From a virus, in UHGV virus genome UHGV-0225074: a DNA stretch of 64,000 nucleotides; one strand, given 5' to 3'. The position numbers and the translations under genes were made by a program. The notes under the pieces are model-generated. The model saw only the letters and a program-made list of their open reading frames with translations, was not told where the DNA came from and ran no database searches. The first letter of the stretch is position 1, and every line of letters starts with the position of its first letter. This document shows, in pieces, positions 27,524 through 37,270 of this stretch.

Positions 27524-29017
27524 TTGGCAACTCAATATGGATTGAGCGATTACGGTTTCACTATCCCCTCTCTTGATGACCTTATCGCAGACACAAAACA
27601 GACCCTCATTAGAACTTTTGGTGAAAATTTCAACACGCAAGCTAACACAATTGCTGACAAGTTGACAACCATTTTTAACGAAAGGGAATACCAGATTATC
27701 CTTCTGGCAGCGTCCGTCTATTCTGCTCAGACCCTTGCGGGGGCTGAGGGTATTTATCTTGATGAGCTTCTTTCCCGAAGAGGTGTTTATCGTCGAGGAA
27801 AGACAAAAAGTTCAGGGTCTGTTGAGATGACAGTTAATAACACTGTCCCTTACAACATGGTATATGCCCAAAACACATATACACTTGATAGTGGTACATT
27901 TGTATTAAATGACGACACTACCCTTGCTGGTAACATACTGGCACAAAAAATTCTCAATAAGGACTGGGTTGTAGGTACTTATAGTTTCCAGATCAATAAT
28001 CAAAACACCGGAACAACAAGTCAAACAACTCTTCAATTGACCAATAAAACCCCTAATAGCTCTCAGCTTAACACTTTCATGGCCTCTGTCAAGAGCTTTA
28101 TTGTCAACAATACCTCTGAGCTTAATAATGATAGAATCATCATTGACTCTCAAAACGGGGCATTGTACATTGGGTATGATACTAATCTTGAAATGATCGG
28201 CCTTAATAGCCGTGTTGATTTCAGGACATCACCAATTGTTGGTGAACGTACAATCACAATGGATGTTGTTGCTGTTGAGGCAGGTGAACTCTCGCGAGAG
28301 AAAAACACCGTAACCTCGATCTCTCCAACCCCTGGTGGGTTCATCAGCCTTAACAACATGAATGCCTTCACGGAGGGTACAGATGTTGAGACTGACACCG
28401 AATACAAGGTCAGGGCTTCTAACACAACAGCATCGAGTGCTGCCGCGACCAGACCTGCGGTGATAAGTGCAGTTCTTGGAGTGAGTGGTGTAAGTAAGGT
28501 TAAAATCTTCTCAAATAATACTGGGGTTACAGACCAGAACGGGATACCCCCGTACAAGTTTGAGACAGTGGTGTATGGTGGGTCTACTGAAGACATCAGT
28601 AAGGCACTTTATAATTCAATTGCTTTGTCTAACGCTACCTATGGTAATGTTTTTTATGATGTCCCCACTGAGGATAATCAGACAGAACGAATTTATCACA
28701 GCAAAGCACAGGCAAGGGATTTGGCTATCCGTGTCCGTTATAAAGGAAAGGTCCTCTCAACCACGGAACAGGATTCTATAAAGTCATCCCTCAAAGGTGT
28801 TATTGACCCGCTTAACATTGCTGACACTTTATACAACATCCAGCTTGTATCTGCTGTAGGTTCTTCTATCTCTGCTGGTAGATTTACACAACTTTATGTG
28901 GATGTCAAGAACGTCGGAGATCCTGATACTTCTTATACAACCTCTGATGTTGTTGCAGGGATGGATGAAGTATTCTCTATCGATACTGATAATATAACAT
29001 TCCTACAGATAATCTAA
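27524..29017 (+). CDS. baseplate wedge protein (P2 gpJ / T4 gp6-like)
   Basis: 497 aa, TTG start with strong SD AAAGGAGGA 5 nt upstream; size and position (before the gpI-like gene and fibre) typical of Baseplate_J. Confidence 0.5.
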   Translation: MATQYGLSDYGFTIPSLDDLIADTKQTLIRTFGENFNTQANTIADKLTTIFNEREYQIILLAASVYSAQTLAGAEGIYLDELLSRRGVYRRGKTKSSGSVEMTVNNTVPYNMVYAQNTYTLDSGTFVLNDDTTLAGNILAQKILNKDWVVGTYSFQINNQNTGTTSQTTLQLTNKTPNSSQLNTFMASVKSFIVNNTSELNNDRIIIDSQNGALYIGYDTNLEMIGLNSRVDFRTSPIVGERTITMDVVAVEAGELSREKNTVTSISPTPGGFISLNNMNAFTEGTDVETDTEYKVRASNTTASSAAATRPAVISAVLGVSGVSKVKIFSNNTGVTDQNGIPPYKFETVVYGGSTEDISKALYNSIALSNATYGNVFYDVPTEDNQTERIYHSKAQARDLAIRVRYKGKVLSTTEQDSIKSSLKGVIDPLNIADTLYNIQLVSAVGSSISAGRFTQLYVDVKNVGDPDTSYTTSDVVAGMDEVFSIDTDNITFLQII

Positions 29018-29026
29018 GAGGGGATT

Positions 29027-29656
29027 ATGGCAGATACAGTAAAAGATGTCAACCACATCCATCCATTGGATAATTTCGTTTCAGACGGTATTGATTACCT
29101 GCCGGGCGACTTTTTACGGGAAAAGGAAAATCTTGTAAAATTTTTATCCGTGTATTTGGAACGAATGAAGGCTGTAGATGAGATGATGGTCAATCTTGCG
29201 GAAGGGCGTCTCCTCCAGAATGCTGGAGGGGTTAACCTTGATGAGATTGGTGCTCAGGTGGGGATTGACAGAAATGGCTTGAGTGACATGAACTATCGTG
29301 CCATTATCACAATCCTTCTCTCAAGCACGGCTAAACATGGAACAAGGCCTGAGGTAATTGGGACGCTGAAGCAACTCTTCGGTGCCGAGAATTTTACCAC
29401 TTACAAAGGTGATAATTATCGTTTTGATATCAATATCTTTAATAGTTGTTTCGAGATAGAAACCGCTATACAAGAAATAAAAGATATGCTCCCTATGCCT
29501 ACGTACCTTCGACTGGTAAAATCAGAAGGGCTACCTTTTGGGTTTAAAAACGATTCCTATGCAATCGGTTTTGGGTCTGTAAGCACATCGCGAACAGGAC
29601 CTGGTGGTCTATCCAGTCTTATCTATACCTCCGAAGAAGAGAACACACTATTATAA
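29027..29656 (+). CDS. baseplate protein (P2 gpI-like)
   Basis: 209 aa, SD GAGGGGATT, between the gpJ-like gene and the tail fibre. Confidence 0.4.
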   Translation: MADTVKDVNHIHPLDNFVSDGIDYLPGDFLREKENLVKFLSVYLERMKAVDEMMVNLAEGRLLQNAGGVNLDEIGAQVGIDRNGLSDMNYRAIITILLSSTAKHGTRPEVIGTLKQLFGAENFTTYKGDNYRFDINIFNSCFEIETAIQEIKDMLPMPTYLRLVKSEGLPFGFKNDSYAIGFGSVSTSRTGPGGLSSLIYTSEEENTLL

Positions 29657-29665
29657 GGGAGAATC

Positions 29666-30712
29666 ATGGCAATTCCTACTATTCCTCTTCAGATATGGGC
29701 TGAAAGTGACGTCGTGTTACCTAATGCTCATACTGCAAATAAAATCTCCCCTATCGCTGATCTTTGGGATAAGGGTTGGGATTTGGGTGAGAAACCCGCT
29801 TGTGAAGAACTTAACTATGTTCTTAACATGATGACCTGGTGGATGACGTACATCTCAGAAGAGCAGATCCCCGGACTCTCTAATGATTATTTGAGAAAAG
29901 ATCAAAACCTTAGCGATGTATCTGATATCCCAACGGCAAGAAGCACTCTGGATGTTTACAGCAAGGGGGAAAGTGATACCCGGTATGTAAATGTTTCTGG
30001 TGATACAATGACTGGGGCGCTGACAGTACCCAGAATAACATTCCCCTCTGATTCTAGCGATACCGCTCATATCACCACCACAACAGGTGTGGATCAAGTC
30101 TATTTAGACTTCGTTATTGGTGATAATGTAGGAACAGCGGGGCAACCAAGTGTAGATGTCATGAGGTTCCGCTTTGTTCCTGTAAACAACTCTGATACAG
30201 TTTCACCATTCAACATGATGGAACTGAATGCAACGTCTAATGGCGTTGCGCTGCTAAAGGTACAAGGGAATATTACGGCAACAGGGACTACCACGACAGG
30301 TACAGTTTCTTCCACAACCATTAATAATGGTGGTAATATTCAGACAACCAGCCTTGGTGTTGGTGGTACAGCTACGTTACAAAACCTCGTAGTAAACTCC
30401 AACAACGCAACAATTGGTGGAAGATCCGTTGTTCGTGCAGTAAATAGTACCGCTGCAAACGCCAATGGTGACGTTTCTATCAGTATTGGTGTTTCTGACA
30501 TTCGCTGGAGCGGGGAGCAAAACAAAGTTCAAGTTGACTTTGAAAATTATGGTTCAAGCGGACGTTTTGCGCGTGGACCTGACGGCTCTGTATTGACTGG
30601 CTTGATTGATGCAAACGCCAGTGGAGATCTTTATCTACACGATATCGATGAGATAAGATTCCGATTTTTACAGAAAGCTCTTGATGGAATTTGGTATACA
30701 GTGGGGCTTTAA
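29666..30712 (+). CDS. tail fibre protein
   Basis: 348 aa; contains the conserved fibre motif YSKGESDTRYVNVSGDTMTGALTV (cf. T4 gp12/P2 gpH) and Thr/Gly/Val-rich beta repeats. Confidence 0.6.
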   Translation: MAIPTIPLQIWAESDVVLPNAHTANKISPIADLWDKGWDLGEKPACEELNYVLNMMTWWMTYISEEQIPGLSNDYLRKDQNLSDVSDIPTARSTLDVYSKGESDTRYVNVSGDTMTGALTVPRITFPSDSSDTAHITTTTGVDQVYLDFVIGDNVGTAGQPSVDVMRFRFVPVNNSDTVSPFNMMELNATSNGVALLKVQGNITATGTTTTGTVSSTTINNGGNIQTTSLGVGGTATLQNLVVNSNNATIGGRSVVRAVNSTAANANGDVSISIGVSDIRWSGEQNKVQVDFENYGSSGRFARGPDGSVLTGLIDANASGDLYLHDIDEIRFRFLQKALDGIWYTVGL

Positions 30713-31191
30713 TGAAAATAACTGATATGAAATGGGTTAGATATTCTCCAGAAAAGGTTGCAGTTCCTGGTGCCTTATATCTAAAAGATGAGAAAGGCCA
30801 AGATTGGTACGATTTCGTATCTCAACTGAAAGAAATACAAAAAGGCCTATATATTCAATACGATTCTAACGGCCAGGTCTATATGGTAGATACTGACCCA
30901 ACTAAATTCTTCCCCGAAGATTGTTACTTTCGTTTTGTAGATTCTCTTCCAAGTGATTTCTCTAATAGAACTCATATCTTTAACGGTGAAGAGTTCGAAA
31001 AAGTTGATTGGATGGAAGACAGAATATTTGAAAATAAGAAACAAGGACTTTTCCAAAGGGCCGCGATACTGCTATCAACTTACGCTGCACTGGGTGAAGA
31101 AGATAAGGTTGAGACAATGAAGAAATATATCATCGATCTCAGAGGATGGACCAAGGGAGACCCTCAACCAGAGCTTCCGCAGACAGCCTAA
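30712..31191 (+). CDS. tail fibre assembly protein (Tfa/gpG-like)
   Basis: ATG overlapping the fibre stop (TAATG); 159 aa, follows the fibre gene; C-terminal acidic/Pro pattern of Tfa proteins. Confidence 0.45.
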   Translation: MKITDMKWVRYSPEKVAVPGALYLKDEKGQDWYDFVSQLKEIQKGLYIQYDSNGQVYMVDTDPTKFFPEDCYFRFVDSLPSDFSNRTHIFNGEEFEKVDWMEDRIFENKKQGLFQRAAILLSTYAALGEEDKVETMKKYIIDLRGWTKGDPQPELPQTA

Positions 31192-31200
31192 GGGGGCACT

Positions 31201-31515
31201 ATGTCTATTGACCTGTTTGCTATCCTGAAGGCGGTCTGGGGGGTTATTACCTTTGTCCTGATCGGAGTCCTAAGAATAACGTACTCGGATTACAAAAAGA
31301 CTCAAGAGCGCCTTGATGAGCTTGATAAAGATATCATCCGTATAAGGGCCGAAATGGTCACTAAAGAAAAGCTGGATGATATCTTAGATAAAAAGCTAAA
31401 AGCGATTAGGGATGATGTTTCCGATCTTAGAAGGGACATCAAGGGAGATGTTGGTGATTTAAGGACAGATCTCACCAAACAATTCCAGATGTTAATGGAG
31501 AGATCCACAAAATGA
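31201..31515 (+). CDS. type II membrane protein with coiled-coil ectodomain (holin/i-spanin-like)
   Basis: 104 aa; N-terminal TM (LFAILKAVWGVITFVLIGVL) then highly charged coiled coil; SD AAGGGGGCACT. Confidence 0.4.
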   Translation: MSIDLFAILKAVWGVITFVLIGVLRITYSDYKKTQERLDELDKDIIRIRAEMVTKEKLDDILDKKLKAIRDDVSDLRRDIKGDVGDLRTDLTKQFQMLMERSTK

Positions 31516-31985
31516 TAAGCTCAGTATTCTATTTTCTGTGCTTTATTATTTTGTTGTTTCATTCTGACAAAGGTATAAGGATCATGTCTGTTTTTGGCAT
31601 GGTCCATATCTTTCTTGAGAATACCCTCCTATGGTGGTTTTCTTCAAACACCCAGTTTTTCGATCTATCTCTTTATCTTAATCTTTGTTGGTTCCTGGAT
31701 ATCTCTTTTATCTTTGGTGCTGCGTGTATATTATCGGGATGGAAGAAAAAGCTAACACTCTCTGTAGCAGTACCAATTCTCTTCTGCCAGATAATATCCA
31801 TGCAGTTTCCGTTAATAATCCCCGGACTCTTTGACTTTGTAATAAATTCTTCCTACCAAACTTGGATGGAAATTATAATACTTTGTGCAAATTTTAAAGA
31901 CACGACGATAAAGGAATGGATAAAAACTGCAACTGTCATAAGCCTGTTGGTGCTTGCCAGGGCATTACCATTCTTCACTCATTGA
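31512..31985 (+). CDS. polytopic membrane protein
   Basis: 157 aa, at least four hydrophobic helices, markedly AT-rich relative to flanks. Confidence 0.4.
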   Translation: MISSVFYFLCFIILLFHSDKGIRIMSVFGMVHIFLENTLLWWFSSNTQFFDLSLYLNLCWFLDISFIFGAACILSGWKKKLTLSVAVPILFCQIISMQFPLIIPGLFDFVINSSYQTWMEIIILCANFKDTTIKEWIKTATVISLLVLARALPFFTH

Positions 31986-31998
31986 TCCCCGAGGTAAA

Positions 31999-32274
31999 AT
32001 GCCAACTCGAATAATGAAGTTCCTAAAGGACTTAGTCAGGTCCCCTATAGACCCTGATAAGGCCTCACATACCAAGTTTTGGAGCAATATAGGACTAGCA
32101 TCCATGACGGCTGTTTTCCTGTACTGGGGATTTAAAGGAACCCTTACAGAATGGTACATGTGGGTATATGCACCCACTGTAGCAGCTCCACAACTTATAA
32201 GCAAGCTAATCTCACTTCGCTGGGGTTTAGCTATAAAGGCAGCGGAAGATGAAGATAAGCAAGAAATTAAATAA
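31999..32274 (+). CDS. small two-TM membrane protein (holin-like)
   Basis: ATG 31999 with SD GAGGTAAA; 91 aa, two hydrophobic helices, charged C-terminus (EDEDKQEIK). Confidence 0.35.
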   Translation: MPTRIMKFLKDLVRSPIDPDKASHTKFWSNIGLASMTAVFLYWGFKGTLTEWYMWVYAPTVAAPQLISKLISLRWGLAIKAAEDEDKQEIK

Positions 32275-32285
32275 GGAGACCTTAA

Positions 32286-34046
32286 ATGGCTGATACAACA
32301 CAATTTGAACAGGCTGTGGATCAGGTTATCGAGGATTCTGAGCGTCTCCATAAAGTGGTCAACGGATCGGCAATCGACACCGTTATTGTAGAAGACGGTA
32401 GCACGATTCCAACATTACGTAAAGCGCTTCTTGATAATGTGTATTTTAAAACACCACCACAACCTTGGGCTGCGGGGACACAGACAACAGTTTTTAACCA
32501 ACTATATTCATTTACGTCTTCAGCGGGAACATTCTGGTGGTACGCTCCTGGTGCGTCACCATCTACACCTGTAACCTTACCTGCTGATCCGTCTACAAGT
32601 ACCGCTTGGAAAGTTTACAATGACTCCGTTGTAGTTTCTGAAAAATTTGCACCTCTTAACACCCCCGCATTTGTCGGTTCTCCGACAGCGCCTACCCCTG
32701 CTCAGGGAAGTAATAGTGGTGCAATAGCGACAACTGCATTTGTCAACTTGGCTGTCGCAGCAGCGATCAACTCTCTTACGGGGTCTTCTCCAAGTTATGC
32801 TGCTCTTACGGTAGTTGGTGCTTCAACCCTTAACACATTGGTTGTTTCGGGGATATCACAATTTGGTGGGACGATTGATGCCTCTGGTGTGCTTGGTAAA
32901 TTCCAGAAAATTTCGTTATCTGGACAAACTGCCACGCTTTCTTTTGATTATACCGCTGCCTCTAACTATCTGAAGACTATCATATCTCCGAACTCTGTTC
33001 AAACCAATAATCTGACTTCCGCAGTTATTGTGAATGGGACAGCCAGTGCAGATAACACCACAATGTCATTAACTGGTGTCGGTAATAACACCTTCGACTA
33101 TGTGTATATCCGAGGGAACTCTTCCAAGGCCTCTACGGAACCAAGACTTAAGGTAACAGGAACGACAGAACTTGAAAACGTAAGAGTAACTGGTTCGTTG
33201 TCCGGTGTCAATGTTGGTGTTGATGGCTTAGACATTCTCCCCAACTCTATTGTCACAACGACAACAGCCGAGATAGGGTCCGATCTAACTGTAAACGGTG
33301 TAACAACTCTCGGGAGTGCCACCATTCAGGATCTGGGTGTAGTAAGCTCATTAACAGTTGATGGAAACAGCACATTAACTGGAGGATTTACAGCCGGTAG
33401 TGCTAGCTCTGTTGCAGGAAATCTCTCCATCACGGGCCTGCTTGCAGTTACCGGAGCAGTTACGGTAAGCACCAACCTTACAGTTACTGGAAACGCCAAC
33501 CTTAATAATGGTGGGACAGGCACAACAACTGTAAACAACCTTAACGTACTTGGTACTCTAACGGGCGTTTCTGTTGATGTCAACGGGAAGAACATTAACC
33601 CTAACTCCGTTCTGGCAACCACTACAATAGAGGCATACGGATCTCTAAAAGGTGCATCCCTCGTTATTACAGGTGAAGCAACGGCTCCGAAGGTCACTGC
33701 GAATTTCGTAGGAACAATCCCCGGTTCTGTTACCACACCTTCCGCAGGGACAACCTGGACACCGGGAGGGACAGGCTCCGATCTAACGAAGATGAATAAC
33801 ATCTACAACGTAGATGTGACAAATACTTTAACTATCGGGCCTTGGGCAAATCTTGGTAGTGCTTTTACTGCCACGATCTATCTGTTCCAGGATGCAACTG
33901 GTGGACATGCCGTCACCCTTGATGCATCTTATAAAATCATAAATGGTGGTACGATCAGCACTGCTGCAAATTCAGTTACAATTCTACAAGTAACCTATTG
34001 TGGAAGAGGGACTGTATATGATGTAGCTGTCTATCAAAGACCGTAA
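32286..34046 (+). CDS. distal tail fibre protein
   Basis: 586 aa of Thr/Gly/Val/Asn-rich beta-repeat sequence (LTVxGxxTL repeats); SD AAGGAGACC. Confidence 0.6.
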   Translation: MADTTQFEQAVDQVIEDSERLHKVVNGSAIDTVIVEDGSTIPTLRKALLDNVYFKTPPQPWAAGTQTTVFNQLYSFTSSAGTFWWYAPGASPSTPVTLPADPSTSTAWKVYNDSVVVSEKFAPLNTPAFVGSPTAPTPAQGSNSGAIATTAFVNLAVAAAINSLTGSSPSYAALTVVGASTLNTLVVSGISQFGGTIDASGVLGKFQKISLSGQTATLSFDYTAASNYLKTIISPNSVQTNNLTSAVIVNGTASADNTTMSLTGVGNNTFDYVYIRGNSSKASTEPRLKVTGTTELENVRVTGSLSGVNVGVDGLDILPNSIVTTTTAEIGSDLTVNGVTTLGSATIQDLGVVSSLTVDGNSTLTGGFTAGSASSVAGNLSITGLLAVTGAVTVSTNLTVTGNANLNNGGTGTTTVNNLNVLGTLTGVSVDVNGKNINPNSVLATTTIEAYGSLKGASLVITGEATAPKVTANFVGTIPGSVTTPSAGTTWTPGGTGSDLTKMNNIYNVDVTNTLTIGPWANLGSAFTATIYLFQDATGGHAVTLDASYKIINGGTISTAANSVTILQVTYCGRGTVYDVAVYQRP

Positions 34047-34051
34047 TAAAA

Positions 34052-34080
34052 AAGGCTCCCATTTGGGAGCCTTTTCTTTT
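34052..34080. terminator. bidirectional rho-independent terminator at the convergence of late (+) and early (-) modules
   Basis: AAGGCTCCC attt GGGAGCCTT with T-runs on both sides. Confidence 0.7.
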
Positions 34081-34116
34081 ATACGGCGTTCTTTACCTCG
34101 CCAAAATCATTATAAA

Positions 34117-35289
34117 TCAAAAGGGGATGTCGTCATCGAAGTCCATCGGAGGTTCATCAAAATCCATAGCCGGAGCCTCTTGAGCAGGAGGTGTCGTTAA
34201 ACGCTCCTGGATGGGCTGTGACGGCTTCTGAGATTCTTCCTGTGCCGTTGCACTGGCATAGCTGTAGAACGTCGCTGCAAGCGCATACGCTTCGCGTGTG
34301 GCCTTCTCAAGCTCGTCTGCATCGATGGTCTTTCCTTTGACAGCAATGTTCGTCACCGCATATTTGACAGCGTTACCCACTGTCTGACCAACATCTTTAC
34401 CTTCAGCTTCTGAAAGTTCCTTGATCAGTTTGGTGGTAACATCATGCACTATCTTTCCTGCCGCTTCCACATCACCCTTAAAGCCTGACAGCTTCAGGTT
34501 TACCAGAGCATTCATGGCATGACCAGCAGAAACACCGACAGGGTCGTAATTGCTACGTTTGCCTTTGACACCAGAACCACCGCTGTTCTGACCTGCGGGG
34601 CCATAAGCTTTGAATCCGTTCAGGATGTTACCGTTAGACATATCCACAAAGGCAGTCATTCGTCCACCGACAGATACCTGGGCCAGTTGTTCATCGGAGA
34701 GAACTACACCACCGGGGCCGTTCTTCTCGTCATTAACAGTCGCCAGATTACCTACGATTTCGGTAATCTCACCGAAGATCTTAACACCACCGCCCGACTG
34801 TGCTGCCTGGGCAGAAGACTGCTGTTGACGAGGGGCAGCTTGGCCCGCTTTGCTTTCATCCAGAATGTTGAATGTCTTACCGCTTAAAGTGCCGTTGATA
34901 TAGGTTTTATCCCCATTCTTAGAGACTTTCAGCGGGAAAGATACAACCATGCCAGTCAGAATATCTTTATAACCGGAATCAAACTTGACCTGAACTTTGT
35001 CAGTGTGGCTGGCGTGGAGTTTCTTCTCGCCCATGCCTACCCATTCACCTTGGCCCTGAGGATCGATAACATTGTTGTTCTCATCAACCGCCTGCATCAG
35101 GAAGCTAATGCTGTGGGTTGCTTCGATTACCTTCGCAGGCTGACCGTTACGTGCAGGGATATGGGTACGCTTAACACCGTCCTGATCGGCATTCTTCACA
35201 GGTTTGATGCTGATGAATTTGATGCTGCCTTTTGCGAAGTGGTTTACTTTGCCAGACATCGGGTCTTTGTATTCGTTTACTACGCTCAT
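34117..35289 (-). CDS. ssDNA-binding protein with E. coli SSB-type C-terminal tail
   Basis: ATG 35289 with SD AAGGAGAG; 390 aa ending PAMDFDEPPMDFDDDIPF; the last 11 residues PPMDFDDDIPF match the E. coli SSB C-terminal tip as recalled; Gln/Ala/Gly-rich linker; N-terminal domain not recognisably OB-fold by eye. Confidence 0.5.
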   Translation of the reverse strand: MSVVNEYKDPMSGKVNHFAKGSIKFISIKPVKNADQDGVKRTHIPARNGQPAKVIEATHSISFLMQAVDENNNVIDPQGQGEWVGMGEKKLHASHTDKVQVKFDSGYKDILTGMVVSFPLKVSKNGDKTYINGTLSGKTFNILDESKAGQAAPRQQQSSAQAAQSGGGVKIFGEITEIVGNLATVNDEKNGPGGVVLSDEQLAQVSVGGRMTAFVDMSNGNILNGFKAYGPAGQNSGGSGVKGKRSNYDPVGVSAGHAMNALVNLKLSGFKGDVEAAGKIVHDVTTKLIKELSEAEGKDVGQTVGNAVKYAVTNIAVKGKTIDADELEKATREAYALAATFYSYASATAQEESQKPSQPIQERLTTPPAQEAPAMDFDEPPMDFDDDIPF

Positions 35290-35302
35290 CTTCTCTCCTT
35301 TA

Positions 35303-35641
35303 TTACTCAGATTTTTCTTCAACGACTTGTGTAACTGGTACAGCAAGAAGTTGATCAACCAACATATCTTCAACTTGCGCCAAAAGGTTTTGCGCGAAGG
35401 TTGAAGCTCCACTCAGTTGCATCACAGCATTACGCTGACCACGAATCCAGGCTAACGCCGTTTCGATAGTTTCGTGTTTGCCTTCACTGATTAAACGTTC
35501 CATTTCTTTTCTGACGGGTTCAGAATTGATATGGTCAGCCATCTGAACGCTGGCACTTGAGAGGAAAATCACAGTTCCGAACTGATTGGGGTCTAGCCCC
35601 AGGAATCGTGCTTCGTTGGTAGGGGTTACTTCTTCAGTCAT
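35303..35641 (-). CDS. hypothetical protein
   Basis: ATG 35641 preceded by GGAGGA; 112 aa. Confidence 0.35.
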   Translation of the reverse strand: MTEEVTPTNEARFLGLDPNQFGTVIFLSSASVQMADHINSEPVRKEMERLISEGKHETIETALAWIRGQRNAVMQLSGASTFAQNLLAQVEDMLVDQLLAVPVTQVVEEKSE

Positions 35642-35697
35642 CAATCCTCCATTTATTAGTGAAGGGGTATCTTACCCCTTTACACTTGTTATGTCAA

Positions 35698-35916
35698 TTA
35701 CTTTCTTTTCTTTTTTGAATTTGACATCATTTCAGCCACACGGCCTACACTTGCCAGTCCCAGCCACCCGATAATCGCCATCAGGAAGAAGAAAAGAAGA
35801 ACGGCAACACCGAAGTAGAGCGGTAGTAAAACAAGCCACCACGACCAGGCGATCACGCCGCACAGTTTAAGCGTGATAAATACCAACGCCAAAAGACCTA
35901 AGAAACCAATTTTCAT
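35698..35916 (-). CDS. small membrane protein
   Basis: 72 aa, two hydrophobic helices, Lys-rich C-terminus. Confidence 0.35.
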   Translation of the reverse strand: MKIGFLGLLALVFITLKLCGVIAWSWWLVLLPLYFGVAVLLFFFLMAIIGWLGLASVGRVAEMMSNSKKKRK

Positions 35917-35925
35917 TTTATCTCC

Positions 35926-36330
35926 TTAATCACAACTACCTGAAAATGATGAACTCGAATCACAGGAGGAATACGAGTCATGACTGCTTGACGAGTGACT
36001 TGGCGTATGATGAGTATACGTATCACTAATCGTGGTTGTATTGATGATCGCCGCATCATCATTTCTCCGGCGATAACCGCCATCCTCCACGACCACACGC
36101 CTTTTAGGCGGTGAAGGTGGCGTTGGGGGTGACATTTTCAATCTACGCTCATTGTTTTGTCTTGCTTGACGAAGGGCCTTGTTGAGCGTCTCATTAAGCG
36201 CTTCAGAAGATATTGTGGTCACCTTGGTTGTTTGGCTAACAAAAGTGCTGTTTCCCTTCCCTATAGATACGACCGTTGTTGTACTGAATAACCCCAATAA
36301 CCATTTGAAAAATTTTCGGATTTTATTCAT
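35926..36330 (-). CDS. hypothetical secreted/anchored Ser-rich protein
   Basis: 134 aa, N-terminal hydrophobic segment, Pro-rich PPTPPSPP, Ser-rich C-terminus. Confidence 0.3.
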   Translation of the reverse strand: MNKIRKFFKWLLGLFSTTTVVSIGKGNSTFVSQTTKVTTISSEALNETLNKALRQARQNNERRLKMSPPTPPSPPKRRVVVEDGGYRRRNDDAAIINTTTISDTYTHHTPSHSSSSHDSYSSCDSSSSFSGSCD

Positions 36331-36634
36331 CCCGATCTACCTCTTCAAGAACCTCTCTCAGTGGAGGAACAAGACCCCCGTTAGCTGCTAAAAGGTTAGC
36401 AAACTTCCGGTAAACATACCGAGTTTCTTTTCCCGCCAGATGACAGAGTTTGATCGCCCGAACATGCTTGGCCTCTTCAGAGTACATATACTCATAATTG
36501 ATTACCTTCGCTTGTTGTCGTGTTACACCAAGCAGCTCTGCGAAAACAGAATGAGGATCAGCTTGTGGCTTACCATATGCCTCTGCCCAAGCATCTGGGA
36601 CAAGGCCACTAACACCAAGTTCATCAATTAGCAT
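36323..36634 (-). CDS. hypothetical protein
   Basis: 103 aa ORF in a coupled gene chain. Confidence 0.3.
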   Translation of the reverse strand: MLIDELGVSGLVPDAWAEAYGKPQADPHSVFAELLGVTRQQAKVINYEYMYSEEAKHVRAIKLCHLAGKETRYVYRKFANLLAANGGLVPPLREVLEEVDRDE

Positions 36635-36908
36635 AAAATTCCTCCAAAACTTTCCAGATTGTATTTAATTCCCCACCAGACATCAGGGACCAAATCACCA
36701 TGTCTTGATAACCTTTACGGCAGATGTCAACCTGCCGGAATGCTTTGTGGAAACTTGTTGGATCAGACTGGTCCACGGGCAGATCATCTACATTTTTCTT
36801 GAAATATGAGAGAACTAACTGTTCTTCCAGATTAGGATTGTCCCCTAAGCTTGCCTCATACATCTCGACAAACTTGGCACCTGTGCGTTCTTCACGAGTT
36901 AAAGCCAT
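36624..36908 (-). CDS. hypothetical protein
   Basis: 94 aa ORF. Confidence 0.3.
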   Translation of the reverse strand: MALTREERTGAKFVEMYEASLGDNPNLEEQLVLSYFKKNVDDLPVDQSDPTSFHKAFRQVDICRKGYQDMVIWSLMSGGELNTIWKVLEEFYAN

Positions 36909-37270
36909 TCTCCAGTCTCCATTTGTTTCGGTGTCAGAGTCTTTACCTGATTATCATCAACAGGCGCAAATCCAACAACAGGTTTATAACAGCGCTCTTT
37001 CTTTGCATCAAACACATAGAATGATGCCACAGCCTCTGGCTTTGCGCAAGTAGTATAATGGCGCTGGTACATTCCATAACCACCTAAGTAAGTCACTGCC
37101 CAGAACATTACCCCAAACATTACGGCTGAAAACACATAGGAGGCCACTTTTCCCTTCCAAGTAAGCCCTCCCGACAATAACCATCCTATGTAGGAAAACA
37201 TAGCAAGCGGGATCAGGCTAGATACCCAATTGTGATTCATTGTAAACCATTCCCAGAATCCAATCATCAA
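36899..37270 (-). CDS. membrane protein (possibly DUF350/YjfL-like)
   Basis: 123 aa, two TM helices plus Cys-containing C-terminus; lies immediately upstream of the YgiB/YjfM-like lipoprotein, echoing the E. coli yjfL-yjfM arrangement. Confidence 0.3.
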   Translation of the reverse strand: MMIGFWEWFTMNHNWVSSLIPLAMFSYIGWLLSGGLTWKGKVASYVFSAVMFGVMFWAVTYLGGYGMYQRHYTTCAKPEAVASFYVFDAKKERCYKPVVGFAPVDDNQVKTLTPKQMETGEWL

